From an uncultured delta proteobacterium (lineage in GTDB: Bacteria > Desulfobacterota > Desulfobacteria > Desulfobacterales > JAHEIW01): a stretch of DNA of 64,000 nt. Below, one piece after another: positions 29,506 through 39,082 of the stretch (its first letter is position 1; every line of letters begins with the position of its first letter). A program made the position numbers and the translations under genes. Below the pieces are notes generated by a model, which ran no database searches, was not told the DNA's origin, and saw only the letters and a list, made by a program, of their open reading frames with translations. The DNA lies in the NCBI GenBank assembly GCA_963706575.1, contig CAVPNL010000002.1:64001-128000 (forward strand), written 5' to 3'.

Positions 29506-30916
29506 AGTCACCCCATTTAAGCAGGCTGAATTTTGTTAAATCTAAAAATTCAGCCAGCAATTTTTTTTTATCGATTTGCTGCCGAATTATTGTTTTGTCT
29601 ACATGCGCATAAATCGCTAACAGTTTCTGACGGTACTGTGACATGCCGTAGCTGCGAGCCACCGCATTACGGTTGTTTTCAATTAAATCTTTTTCATTGG
29701 CAGTCCTGCCGATTTCTGCCAGAAACGGATTCAAAGACAACAATTCATTTACATGAGTATGGGCGTTTTGAGTCAATAGGCGGCCAATGACCTGTTTTTG
29801 GAATTCTTCATTCAATAGCCCAAAATCGATCGTTCCACCGGCAGTAAGCGCAGCAAAGGTGCTTTGAATTCGATCATTGTCGATTACAAGATCAAACAGC
29901 TTGGCAGTGTTGTGTATCGTGTCTTCCCATTTTTCATAAAAATCAACCAATTCAAGCCAATCAACAGGTACATTCAGCGCTGTATACATGTGGTCAAAAC
30001 AAACACCGTTGGATTCAAAGTCCGTGCAGATATCGCAAAGTTTTCGTCCCCACACGGATTTGTTAAAAAGCCAGGGTTCCAAAAAAGAGAAACCGAAACC
30101 TTCCGTGATACTGGTGGTCAGCAGATATCGAGCCGAAGACAAAATGGCTTCATAAGGGTGATTTAAACCCCGTTCAAATTCTACCCGCAGCTGATAGTTG
30201 GTGACGAATGCTTTCCAGTCCTTATAACTCTCGATATCCGCTTGGCTGTTTGGCGGCAGGGTGATCACCAGGGTTTCATTATCCCTGAAAAAAAGAGATA
30301 AGAGGATGGCTTCGCCGATATTTTTTCGTCGGATCGCGCGGATGGGGTAGACGACATAAGGGCCCCCATTGGAAGCGATAGATGGATATGGATTGTCTGA
30401 AAAGTATACGGTATTAAAGATTTGGTGGAGCCCCTGCTTTTTTAATCCACTTTTAAGAAGAATCTGATAATCACGGGAATTGATCACACTGTAATGACAG
30501 TCTTGCGGGTAGTCTTCCTTAAAATATGACCGCGGTCGACCATCTTCGGCAAAATCGTGAATCTGTAAAAGTAATGCTAAACCTCTTTTTTGCAGGGCTT
30601 TCAGAATTTTTAAAAAATTTTTATTTTTTGCCAGAATCGGATTGTGTACATGAACAATGTCACAGGGTCCACCAAAATGCGACTCAATAGACCGCACCAC
30701 GGCGGCGGCAACTTTCTCAGGTTGAAAAGAACGATGGTAATCAGCTGAATAGGCCAATTCGGGAATATGAATCGTCTTTGCCGGAAAACCGGTCTGCGGC
30801 AATTCACCTGTAATGACGCACACGTCGCAATCGGATTTCAATGCTTCCACCTGATTTTTTAAACAGGTGGTTACCCCGCCGGTTTTAAGATGATAATGCA
30901 TGAAAACGATTTTCAT
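29492..30916 (-). CDS. GT-B (GT4-like) glycosyltransferase
   Basis: HYHLKTGGVT, HVHN, QIHDFAED, RAIRRKNIGE, TSITEGFGFSFLEPW; overlaps the HAD gene start. Confidence 0.8.
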   Translation of the reverse strand: MKIVFMHYHLKTGGVTTCLKNQVEALKSDCDVCVITGELPQTGFPAKTIHIPELAYSADYHRSFQPEKVAAAVVRSIESHFGGPCDIVHVHNPILAKNKNFLKILKALQKRGLALLLQIHDFAEDGRPRSYFKEDYPQDCHYSVINSRDYQILLKSGLKKQGLHQIFNTVYFSDNPYPSIASNGGPYVVYPIRAIRRKNIGEAILLSLFFRDNETLVITLPPNSQADIESYKDWKAFVTNYQLRVEFERGLNHPYEAILSSARYLLTTSITEGFGFSFLEPWLFNKSVWGRKLCDICTDFESNGVCFDHMYTALNVPVDWLELVDFYEKWEDTIHNTAKLFDLVIDNDRIQSTFAALTAGGTIDFGLLNEEFQKQVIGRLLTQNAHTHVNELLSLNPFLAEIGRTANEKDLIENNRNAVARSYGMSQYRQKLLAIYAHVDKTIIRQQIDKKKLLAEFLDLTKFSLLKWGDYGAR

Positions 30917-31024
30917 TGTGAATCCTATTGACCGAGCTGCAGATGGGTTTGCCTGCAAAATTGAATACGAGGGATCCTGGACTACGGTCCGGCTCGGTTT
31001 CGTAAAGCTTCCAATCCCTGAATT

Positions 31025-31172
31025 TAGAATTGGTTTCAAAACCTCAGATCAGGTTCAAGGGCAAGGCGCAGGCCGATCGAGAAAGCGCAGCATACATATG
31101 GGTATGTGAGCATTTATCGGAGGCCTGCAACGCAGCCATTGGGCCTTAGATGGGGTTTTGAAACCAATTCTA
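31025..31172. mobile_element. family A hairpin MITE, full length (148 bp)
   Basis: TIR TAGAATTGGTTTCAAAACC / GGTTTTGAAACCAATTCTA; interior nearly identical to 22050-22196. Confidence 0.9.
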
Positions 31173-31299
31173 ATCATAATTTGAAGAAAATCGCTATAGA
31201 CAAGAATTCATATCAAGAGGAATTTCAGAACAATTACGGTCAGCGGCGGGTTGAAGATAGTGCTGTTTTAAAAATGGGAGTGTATCTCGACGTTACCCC

Positions 31300-32085
31300 T
31301 TAACGGTTACGAGGCGGTTTGTTTTTGCCGATAAATTGCAATTTAGTTGAGCCTATCGAAATGATATCTAACTCACTTAGCTTCTGCGGTTTTTTTGATG
31401 CTTTTTTATCATTGATTTTCGGTTTTGCCAAACCGCTTACATAGCTGAAAAAATAACCATCACGGGTCCGGCTAATAGTGGCGGCGGTTTTACCGATATT
31501 CCATCCCGGCACCAATATATCAGATGCTGCATCTTTGCCGATCTTTATGACCTTTTGTTTTAATGCCAGCGTGCCTTCACCCCCGACCAGATAAGTAAGA
31601 TACCCCCGGACTTTCTTCTTTTGTTTATTATTAGCCGGAGCCGCTATCGAAGTGGATTCCGGTTCAGGTTCCGGTGGCGCTGCCGCCGTCGGCTCGGGAT
31701 CGCTTTTCTCCACCATGGATCGATATTCATTTGTATCTATGATCATGGTGTTTTCCATTTCACTCGCCTGCTTGTCAACCGCCAAAGATTCACTCTCAAA
31801 ATAGGCAAAGATTAATGAATGCTTGCCAATGTTAATGACATCGCCATCCTCCAGCCAATGGGAGCTGACACGCTCTTCATTGATAAAAGAGCCATTTTTG
31901 CTCTTCAGGTCGACATAAACAAACCCATCACCGGCCGAATCGAGCTTTCCATGGTAACCGGAAACCGCCAGGTTATCGATGATGACATCATTATCTTTCT
32001 GACGCCCTATTTTTAAAGAACATCCCAGGGGCAGATGATAATCCGCTAAGACATTGTCTTTAAATTTAACAGTAATCTTTGGCAT
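31300..32085 (-). CDS. FHA domain protein (canonical FHA plus degenerate second FHA)
   Basis: IGR...VSGYH...SKNG in N-domain; IGKD...DIISIG in C-domain. Confidence 0.88.
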   Translation of the reverse strand: MPKITVKFKDNVLADYHLPLGCSLKIGRQKDNDVIIDNLAVSGYHGKLDSAGDGFVYVDLKSKNGSFINEERVSSHWLEDGDVINIGKHSLIFAYFESESLAVDKQASEMENTMIIDTNEYRSMVEKSDPEPTAAAPPEPEPESTSIAAPANNKQKKKVRGYLTYLVGGEGTLALKQKVIKIGKDAASDILVPGWNIGKTAATISRTRDGYFFSYVSGLAKPKINDKKASKKPQKLSELDIISIGSTKLQFIGKNKPPRNR

Positions 32086-32103
32086 TTTAATATCCAGGCG
32101 AAT

Positions 32104-32946
32104 TTAATTTTTCTGACTCGAATTCGGGTAGAATAATTTTTGTAAGGTTTGTTTCAACCTTTCCATAAAACCCTGGTTACGGTTTCTGGCGGACTTGATT
32201 CTGAGAACAATTGCAGTTATGTTGTCTTCTCCACCTCGGGCATTGGCCAGATCAACAAGCTCCTGGCAGGCTTTGTCAGAGCGTTGATTATAAACCAGTT
32301 CAAGAATTTCTTCAGGAGATGCTTTATCGGTTAATCCGTCGGAGCTGATAACGATAATATCTTCCTTGTAAAAGGGAATTTCGTTAATATCGGCTTTCAC
32401 GGATTTATCAACACCCATAGCACGAGTCAGCACATGTTTAAAATCACTCCAGAGCAGTTCTGCATTTTCCGGGTCCAGCGCGGCTTGCTCGGCAACCAGG
32501 GTGTGGGGTACGGACAGCAGATCGATTTCACCGTCTCGAATCAGGTAAACCAGGCTGTCCCCCACATTGGCAACGATAAAGGTTTTCTCCGTAAAATAGA
32601 CAGCTGAAACCGTGGAACCCATGCCTTTGTAATCTTCATTGTCCAATGCGGATTGATGAACCACACGGTTGGAGAGATGAATACTGGCGAGCAATCTCTG
32701 GGCTTCTTTAGAGAGCTTTTCACCGGTGTCACCCAGGATTTGCGGCTGGTAATCATTTTTATCTTGACCAATGTAATCGCGGATGGTTTCAACAACCAGC
32801 TTGCTGGCTACTTCACCGGCGTTATGGCCGCCCATGCCGTCTGCAACTACATAGAGACCCAGGCCGTCATCGTAGAACAATGAATCTTCATTCTGTTCTC
32901 TTCTTCTGCCGACGTCAGTAATACCCGAAGATTCGATATCAATCAT
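32104..32946 (-). CDS. PP2C/Stp1 family Ser/Thr phosphatase
   Basis: GRRREQNED, VADGMGGH, MGST, NVGDS, SDGL, GGEDNIT. Confidence 0.93.
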   Translation of the reverse strand: MIDIESSGITDVGRRREQNEDSLFYDDGLGLYVVADGMGGHNAGEVASKLVVETIRDYIGQDKNDYQPQILGDTGEKLSKEAQRLLASIHLSNRVVHQSALDNEDYKGMGSTVSAVYFTEKTFIVANVGDSLVYLIRDGEIDLLSVPHTLVAEQAALDPENAELLWSDFKHVLTRAMGVDKSVKADINEIPFYKEDIIVISSDGLTDKASPEEILELVYNQRSDKACQELVDLANARGGEDNITAIVLRIKSARNRNQGFMERLKQTLQKLFYPNSSQKN

Positions 32947-33151
32947 ATTCAAATTTTACAGAATTTAGTTGACTTTTTTTTATTGAAAAGAGTTTTAATG
33001 TTTAAAGCCTGTTTTTATTGACCTCAATCTTACTAACTGGTTATTATCATTATTTATATTACAAAAATCACCTCCGGTCAAGTATTTCAGAATTTATGTT
33101 TAATAATCAAAGGGTTGGCTCGAAAGCAAAAATTCACAAATGGAGAATGCA

Positions 33152-34393
33152 ATGATGAAAATCAGCATCTTGAAAAATACGATTCAAGAATATGCCTGGG
33201 GGTCCACTCGAGCCATACCGGATCTTCTGGGCCGCAAAAATCCAGAGCGCAAAACCCAGGCAGAACTCTGGATGGGTGCCCATCCCAAAGCACCGTCATT
33301 GGTACGACACAACGGCTTGTGGGTATCTGTTGCGGAATTAATCGCGAAAAACCCCGTTGATGTCCTTGGTAAAAAGGTGGCTCAGAATTTCGACGATCGC
33401 CTGCCGTACCTGTTCAAAGTGCTGGCGGCTGCCAAACCGCTTTCTATACAGGCGCACCCCGACTTGAACCAGGCCCGCGAGGGTTTTCAACGGGAAAATG
33501 CTCAGAAAATCCCGCTGGACGCCCCCCATCGCAACTATCGAGACGACAACCACAAACCCGAATGCATCTGTGCATTAACCCGCTTTTGGGCATTAAGCCG
33601 TTTCAGAAAAATTTCGGAAATCCTCCCTTATCTCGAAAAACTAAATCTACGGCAGTTGGAAGTTGAACTGACCGACTTCAAAAAACAACCCACTTCAATT
33701 GGATTAAAACGGTTTTACACATCATTAATGACACAGGATATGGATCGTCAAAAAAGAATTGTTGCCGATGCATTGGAACGAGCCCGGGGGTTTGAATCTG
33801 AAGATCCGGTGTTTAAATGGATGCTAAACCTGGCTGAAGATTACCCAGATGACATCGGCGTGCTTTCCCCCGTCCTGTTAAATCTCATCTGTCTTGAACC
33901 GGGTCAGGCCATGCTTTTAGATGCCGGGGAACTTCATGCCTATCTGGAAGGTTTGGGCATTGAGTTGATGGCGAACTCAGACAATGTCCTGCGCGGCGGT
34001 TTGACACCTAAGCATGTGGATATTTCAGAACTGCTGCGGGTTTTGAAATTTGAAGATCGAGATGTCACCCTTTTGAAACCCGTAAAGTCGACTGCGAATG
34101 AGCGAATTTATCCCAGTGCGGCAGCAGAATTTGTGCTATCGGTCATCACGCTGAACAGGGGAGCAACATACCAGAGTCCGAAAAACAGAAGCGTTGAGAT
34201 TTTAATATGCACCCGGGGAAAAGTGACCATTTTCGACCTCAGTGACCTAACTGGGACTCAATTACCACGGGGAGCTTCGGCCATTGTGCCTGCGTGCGTA
34301 GAAAGATACACCATAAAAGGGCAGGGGACCTGTTATAAGGCGGCGGTACCCCTTTCCGTTGAGCGTTCGCGCTCAACGGAAGTGAATCGTTAA
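33152..34393 (+). CDS. manA: mannose-6-phosphate isomerase, class I
   Basis: YAWGS, AELWMGAHP, PLSIQAHP, NHKPE, ANSDNVLRGGLTPK. Confidence 0.95.
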   Translation: MMKISILKNTIQEYAWGSTRAIPDLLGRKNPERKTQAELWMGAHPKAPSLVRHNGLWVSVAELIAKNPVDVLGKKVAQNFDDRLPYLFKVLAAAKPLSIQAHPDLNQAREGFQRENAQKIPLDAPHRNYRDDNHKPECICALTRFWALSRFRKISEILPYLEKLNLRQLEVELTDFKKQPTSIGLKRFYTSLMTQDMDRQKRIVADALERARGFESEDPVFKWMLNLAEDYPDDIGVLSPVLLNLICLEPGQAMLLDAGELHAYLEGLGIELMANSDNVLRGGLTPKHVDISELLRVLKFEDRDVTLLKPVKSTANERIYPSAAAEFVLSVITLNRGATYQSPKNRSVEILICTRGKVTIFDLSDLTGTQLPRGASAIVPACVERYTIKGQGTCYKAAVPLSVERSRSTEVNR

Positions 34394-34510
34394 TCGTTAA
34401 TCGTTATTTGGAAGAAAATGCGATTTGAGAAGATGCTTTTGTAAAAGAGCCAAACGATTCCGCGGATCAATGTGTCAAAACCAATAACCAATAACTCAAT
34501 AATAAATAAC

Positions 34511-34537
34511 AACCAATTGGGTTTTACCCAATTGGTT
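34511..34537. promoter_or_regulatory. perfect 12-bp-arm palindrome upstream of comEA pair
   Basis: AACCAATTGGGT-TTT-ACCCAATTGGTT. Confidence 0.4.
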
Positions 34538-34698
34538 AGTACTTTTTCCTTAGAAAATACGATGACCGTCTTTTATGTCCTAATACTTTTACGTTCTTGA
34601 TAAGGATAAAGTATTAAAAAAAATACGACACTTGCCGTATTGTGACCGCTGTTCTTTTTTTATAAGATAAACTCTACTTTTAAAAAAGGAGATTGCAT

Positions 34699-34980
34699 AT
34701 GGCACCCTATAAAAAATTAATCGCAGTCTTTGCTACTCTATTGGTCCTTTTCGCCTTCATTGGCCCTGTTTGGGGCCAGGAAGCCGAAAGAGTCAATATT
34801 AATAAAGCATCGGCCCAGGAATTGGCTAAATTACAAAAGGTCGGGCCCAAATATGCCGTGAAAATCGTTGAACACCGCCAGAAATACGGTCCCTTCAAAC
34901 TTACTGAAGAACTCATGGAAGTTCCGGGAATCGGTCCTGGTACCTATAACAGAATCAAGGATCAAATAATCGCTCAATAA
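34699..34980 (+). CDS. comEA: ComEA-family HhH DNA-binding protein, copy 1
   Basis: signal peptide, VNINKASAQEL, VGPKYA, EVPGIG; AGGAG RBS. Confidence 0.88.
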   Translation: MAPYKKLIAVFATLLVLFAFIGPVWGQEAERVNINKASAQELAKLQKVGPKYAVKIVEHRQKYGPFKLTEELMEVPGIGPGTYNRIKDQIIAQ

Positions 34981-35010
34981 GCGCCATACTCCATCATGTA
35001 ATAGTCTCGA

Positions 35011-35049
35011 AAATCAGCCACCCATTTCAAAGGGTGGCTGATTTGTTTT
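35011..35049 (+). terminator. intrinsic terminator between the comEA genes
   Basis: AAATCAGCCACCC...GGGTGGCTGATTT followed by T-rich tail. Confidence 0.7.
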
Positions 35050-35083
35050 GGCGTTACTCATTTATAGCTGACGGAGGTGTCAA

Positions 35084-35365
35084 ATGCGGAATTTAAAATC
35101 CTGGGTTTCAATGATTGCCATTTTGGTTTTTGTCTTTGTCTGCCTTCTCAATCTCTGGGCTGCCGATTCGCAAAAAATCAATATCAACACCGCATCTGCA
35201 GCTGAGTTGATGAATCTGAAAGGAATCGGGGAAAAAAAAGCAAAGGCCATCATTGAGTTTCGCAAAATCAATGGTCACTTTAAGCAATCTGAAGATCTCA
35301 TTAAAGTTCCGGGAATAGGACCCAAAACATTAGAAGCCAACAAAAATCGTATCACCGTAGAATAA
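35084..35365 (+). CDS. comEA: ComEA-family HhH DNA-binding protein, copy 2
   Basis: signal peptide, ININTASAAEL, KGIGEKKA, KVPGIG; GGAGGT RBS. Confidence 0.9.
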   Translation: MRNLKSWVSMIAILVFVFVCLLNLWAADSQKININTASAAELMNLKGIGEKKAKAIIEFRKINGHFKQSEDLIKVPGIGPKTLEANKNRITVE

Positions 35366-35468
35366 TAGAAGTTGGCGTATGGGAGTGGTGAAATGTCGGT
35401 ATCACTCTAAAGGTGTTTAAATCAAGCAGCGCCTTATCTTGAAAAATATATCGATTTTTCTTCTTCCT

Positions 35469-35485
35469 CTGGCACGCTTTTCGCA
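35469..35485 (+). promoter_or_regulatory. sigma54 -24/-12 promoter
   Basis: CTGGCACGCTTTTCGCA, near-consensus GG-N10-GC. Confidence 0.7.
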
Positions 35486-35604
35486 GCCATTTAACAATTA
35501 TTTGCTTAAATTTAAGATATTTCTTGACAAACCCCATCTAATTAAGTTAGCACTTGCGTGCAAAATTATTTAGGCTTTTAATACTTCGGAGGAGCAGGCG
35601 ATCT

Positions 35605-35892
35605 ATGACACTCACAAAAGCAATGATAGTTGATGCCGTCCATGAGCAACTTGGATATCCTAAGAACAAATCCGCCGAAATGCTTGAAACTTTGCTGGAA
35701 TTGATCAAAAGCAACCTGGAAAGAGGCGAGGATGTCTTGATCAGCGGATTCGGAAAGTTTTGTGTCAAGGACAAGAATAAACGTCGCGGAAGAAACCCGG
35801 CCACCGGAGACGACATGATACTGGATAGGCGCCGGGTCGTGACGTTCAGATGCTCCCATCTGTTAAGGGACAAAATCAACAATCAATTTTAG
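35605..35892 (+). CDS. ihfA: integration host factor alpha-like subunit
   Basis: LTKA, VLISGFGKF, RRGRNPATG, RRVVTF; GGAGGAG RBS. Confidence 0.88.
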   Translation: MTLTKAMIVDAVHEQLGYPKNKSAEMLETLLELIKSNLERGEDVLISGFGKFCVKDKNKRRGRNPATGDDMILDRRRVVTFRCSHLLRDKINNQF

Positions 35893-36069
35893 CCCTTTTA
35901 TTCCGAATTTCCAACCATACCAAAGAATTAAACAGGTTGCCGGTTCCAAAGAGCGAAGGGTTGGAGAGGGTCAACAGGCCTTATGACCGCTTCAATTGAT
36001 ACGGCTATCACATGATTAATACAGCATCTCTTCTTATCGAATGAGATGCTTTTTTAATGGGAATCGTTC

Positions 36070-36516
36070 ATGCCGGGCATTTTGATTCGCTGGCTGACTA
36101 CAACAGCCGCTATTGTGGCCACCGCTTATTTGCTGGATGGAATCCAGGTCAGCGGTTTTTTCCCTGCTGTTTTTGCTGCTGCCGTGCTGGGGATCCTGAA
36201 CGCCTTTTTCCGACCGATCGCACTGCTGCTTACCCTTCCAATTAACATCCTCAGTCTCGGTCTGTTTACATTTATCATCAATGCACTTATGCTAAAGATG
36301 GCCTCAGGCATTATCCCGGGATTTGACGTCTATGGGTTCTGGACGGCCATTTCCGGGTCTTTTCTGATCAGCGTGATCAGCTGGCTCTTAAACTCGTTTA
36401 TCAGCGAACAGGGCACGGTGACATCCATCAATGTCAAGCATGGTCGCAATGCAGCGAGGGGAGATCAGGACGACACGATTGATTTGAAGCATAAGGGGGA
36501 TAACCGCTGGGAGTAA
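36070..36516 (+). CDS. 4-TM phage-holin-like family membrane protein (YvlD/DUF360)
   Basis: LGILNAFFRP, LTLPINILSLGLFTFIINA motifs. Confidence 0.85.
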   Translation: MPGILIRWLTTTAAIVATAYLLDGIQVSGFFPAVFAAAVLGILNAFFRPIALLLTLPINILSLGLFTFIINALMLKMASGIIPGFDVYGFWTAISGSFLISVISWLLNSFISEQGTVTSINVKHGRNAARGDQDDTIDLKHKGDNRWE

Positions 36517-36601
36517 GTTCAGCATAGCGCATAGAGCATAGCGCAAAGCGTTCGAAAGTATAAGGCTATGCGCTTAGCGCTCAGCCCTTTGCCATTATCC
36601 A

Positions 36602-36639
36602 AAAAAAACCCTGCAGTCGAATACGGCTGCAGGGTTTTT
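36602..36639. terminator. bidirectional intrinsic terminator
   Basis: AAAAAAACCCTGCAGTCG-AATA-CGGCTGCAGGGTTTTT between convergent genes. Confidence 0.85.
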
Positions 36640-36656
36640 GTTAACGATTAGCGACG

Positions 36657-38045
36657 CTATTCTTTGAATATTTCTTTGGGTCGCTCGGTGTTTCCTGTGG
36701 CGTTGGGGAAATCTTTGGCGACGTACGCTTTTTTGCCGGTTTCAAGCAGATGGTTTGCCTCTTCCATATAGTTGGCAAAACGCAGCTTGCATTCGTAGAA
36801 GCCGTGCCACCAGGCGTAGTCAGGAGCCATCATCATAGCGCCCATGCGGGCCCGCCGGCCTTCATGGTGCCACAGTTCGTAGTACTCGACCTCCAACCGT
36901 TCATCGAAAAACTTGGTTTTGTCCAGAAGGCCCTTGTCGTAAAGCTCGTCAAGTTTGGCCTTTGCCGGTTTGAAGTAAACCTCGTTGTACTCTTCCACAG
37001 CCTTGTCGAAACCATTATAGAAATCATTGATCCAGGCGTCGCCATGGCAGGCGCTGCAGATGTTTTTCATTTTCTGGCGTTCATCTTGCCAGTTGGTTCC
37101 GGAGGGAAAAGGTTTGAAGTCCTGGGGACGAACCGTCAGAGGCGCCTGGGTCTCCCACGAGAGCCGCGAGGTCACATCGTGGCTGGTGGGTTCTTTTCCA
37201 GAGCCGGACATGTGGCAGGCAGCACAGGTGGGCGCGCGGTAATCCACGCCCGCTGTCCAGGTACCGCCAGCCGCATTGAAATTGTACTCAGACTTGTAAG
37301 CATGGTAGATGGTACCGTGCTTGGACTCCTCATAGATTTCGATCTGGGGATGATCCGGGCCCAGATGACACTGGTCGCAGGCCTCTGGCATGCGGGCTTC
37401 GGCCACGGAAAACCGATGGCGGGTGTGGCACGACGTGCAGGCCCCCTTGCTGCCGTCCAGGTTGAGCCGCCCTACACCGGCATTGGGCCAGGTGCCTGAA
37501 TCGATTACGCCGTTTTCATCAATCTTGATCACCGTACCGTGACAGTTGAGACAGCCTGTCTTGCGCTCATTGTCCGAGTTCATACCCTTGTTCAGCCAGG
37601 GATCCAGTTTCCATATGATCTCTATGGTATTGGCATGTTTGCTTTTGCTGTACTGGGTGGCCTCATCCGGGTGGCAGCGGGAGCAGTCCTTGGGAGTGAC
37701 AATCGAGGCGATGGGCATTTTGTATTTGGCTTCTCCCCAGGGCATATCCGATCGACTATAGTACTTCTCATGCTCCTGTGCGACGTCCCGGTCACCGGGC
37801 TGGACCAGGTGGCAGTCCAGGCAGGTGATATTGGCGTTGGCATGGCGGCTCTTGGCCCAGTCCGCAAAAACACCGGGAGTCGTTGCGCGGTGGCATTCAA
37901 TACATGCCTGGGCTTCCGGCGGGACACTGCGCTCGATCCGGTATTCCTTGACCTTGGCAAAATTGGGCTGCTGAGCCATGGCGGCAACTACAATCAGACC
38001 GACGGCCAGCAAACCGATGGTGAGAAACAGCAATGTTCGCCTCAT
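36657..38045 (-). CDS. octaheme cytochrome c, hydroxylamine oxidoreductase (HAO) family, probably reductive type
   Basis: signal peptide; 8 CxxCH (CIECH, CLDCH, CSRCH, CLNCH, CTSCH, CDQCH, CAACH, CSACH); GPDHPQ..IY.ESKHG; MGAMMMAPDYAWWHG. Confidence 0.88.
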   Translation of the reverse strand: MRRTLLFLTIGLLAVGLIVVAAMAQQPNFAKVKEYRIERSVPPEAQACIECHRATTPGVFADWAKSRHANANITCLDCHLVQPGDRDVAQEHEKYYSRSDMPWGEAKYKMPIASIVTPKDCSRCHPDEATQYSKSKHANTIEIIWKLDPWLNKGMNSDNERKTGCLNCHGTVIKIDENGVIDSGTWPNAGVGRLNLDGSKGACTSCHTRHRFSVAEARMPEACDQCHLGPDHPQIEIYEESKHGTIYHAYKSEYNFNAAGGTWTAGVDYRAPTCAACHMSGSGKEPTSHDVTSRLSWETQAPLTVRPQDFKPFPSGTNWQDERQKMKNICSACHGDAWINDFYNGFDKAVEEYNEVYFKPAKAKLDELYDKGLLDKTKFFDERLEVEYYELWHHEGRRARMGAMMMAPDYAWWHGFYECKLRFANYMEEANHLLETGKKAYVAKDFPNATGNTERPKEIFKE

Positions 38046-38103
38046 GGGTCCTGCTCCTTTCAATTGAGTTTTTATTGTTTGAAGAACGCTACTATAGGCC
38101 GAT

Positions 38104-38706
38104 TTAAAGCTGTCTGAGTCCTTTGGCCTGGTAAGGCACCTTTCTGGTCTGGCGATACATCACCAGACCTCTTTCAGAATGCACCAGATCATAATGACAA
38201 TCGACGCATTTTTTCTCGTATCCCGGTTTTGCATATAGCACTGAACGGTGGGCCAGCATGGCACCGCGTTTATATGGCATGTGCAGCAAATTACGGTGGC
38301 ATTTCTGGCATTCGCTGTTTTCAAAGGCAGCATACGCGTTATTGCGTGCTTTTTCCTGGTCATATTCATCACCAAAGAAATGAATCGCCACGTCTTTAAT
38401 GCCGTGGTAGGTCTTGGCAAAGAAAAAGTCGAAGGTGTCCTGCGGTGCGGGCAGGTGACAGTCCATGCAATCGACAACGACACCTGAAGCGTTGTTGGTA
38501 TGCGTGGAAGAGCGCCATGCCACCACTGCAGGCTTTATTTCGTGGCATGATGCGCAAAAATCAGGAGTGGAGGTGCGAACCATGGTGAAATAGGATATGC
38601 TAAATAAGGGGAAGGCGATCAGGATGCCGAGGACAATAAAGATAGCGGGTTTGATCGCTCTTTTCCAAAAAGGCTTCTTTGCGGCGCGACTTCCCTCCTT
38701 GGCCAT
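38104..38706 (-). CDS. NapC/NirT family tetraheme quinol dehydrogenase
   Basis: N-terminal TM; TSTPDFCASCH, CMDCH, CQKCH, CVDCH; GGAGGT RBS. Confidence 0.9.
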   Translation of the reverse strand: MAKEGSRAAKKPFWKRAIKPAIFIVLGILIAFPLFSISYFTMVRTSTPDFCASCHEIKPAVVAWRSSTHTNNASGVVVDCMDCHLPAPQDTFDFFFAKTYHGIKDVAIHFFGDEYDQEKARNNAYAAFENSECQKCHRNLLHMPYKRGAMLAHRSVLYAKPGYEKKCVDCHYDLVHSERGLVMYRQTRKVPYQAKGLRQL

Positions 38707-38994
38707 AGCACCTCCAGATCTGGGTTAGCGGGTATATTTCAAGCCACAATAGGTTAAGCTGACAGATTATTCCATGGGGTGAAGTGTGTATTTTAAATTA
38801 AAAAAGACCCTATTTCTGGTGTAGGGCTAACTGTCTGAAATAACACAAAGTGGTACTTAAAAGGACGGCAAAAAGTTACGGCAATGCCACTCTGTATGCC
38901 CGCGCTTGCAAGACACGGCAAGGCAAGAATGAATTGACCTGGCGGCAAATCGATCTCAATAATTATTTTATTGAATTTCAGCTACTTGAACATA

Positions 38995-39024
38995 TTGACA
39001 AAACTGGCAATCCGCGCCTATGAT
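38995..39024 (+). promoter_or_regulatory. sigma70-like promoter
   Basis: TTGACA-N18-TATGAT upstream of the DUF362 gene. Confidence 0.55.
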
Positions 39025-39082
39025 GCCTGTATAAACATTTTGTTCCCGCTGACTGAGTACCCGAATCTCCAAGGATGACGCC

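Noticed and set aside
36070..36516. Prophage indicated by holin-family gene
   Set aside because: This 4-TM family is commonly chromosomal, and no phage genes are nearby
36750..38117. Long plus-strand ORFs 36750-37499 and 37539-38117
   Set aside because: Antisense shadows of the GC-rich cytochrome gene; no motifs or RBS
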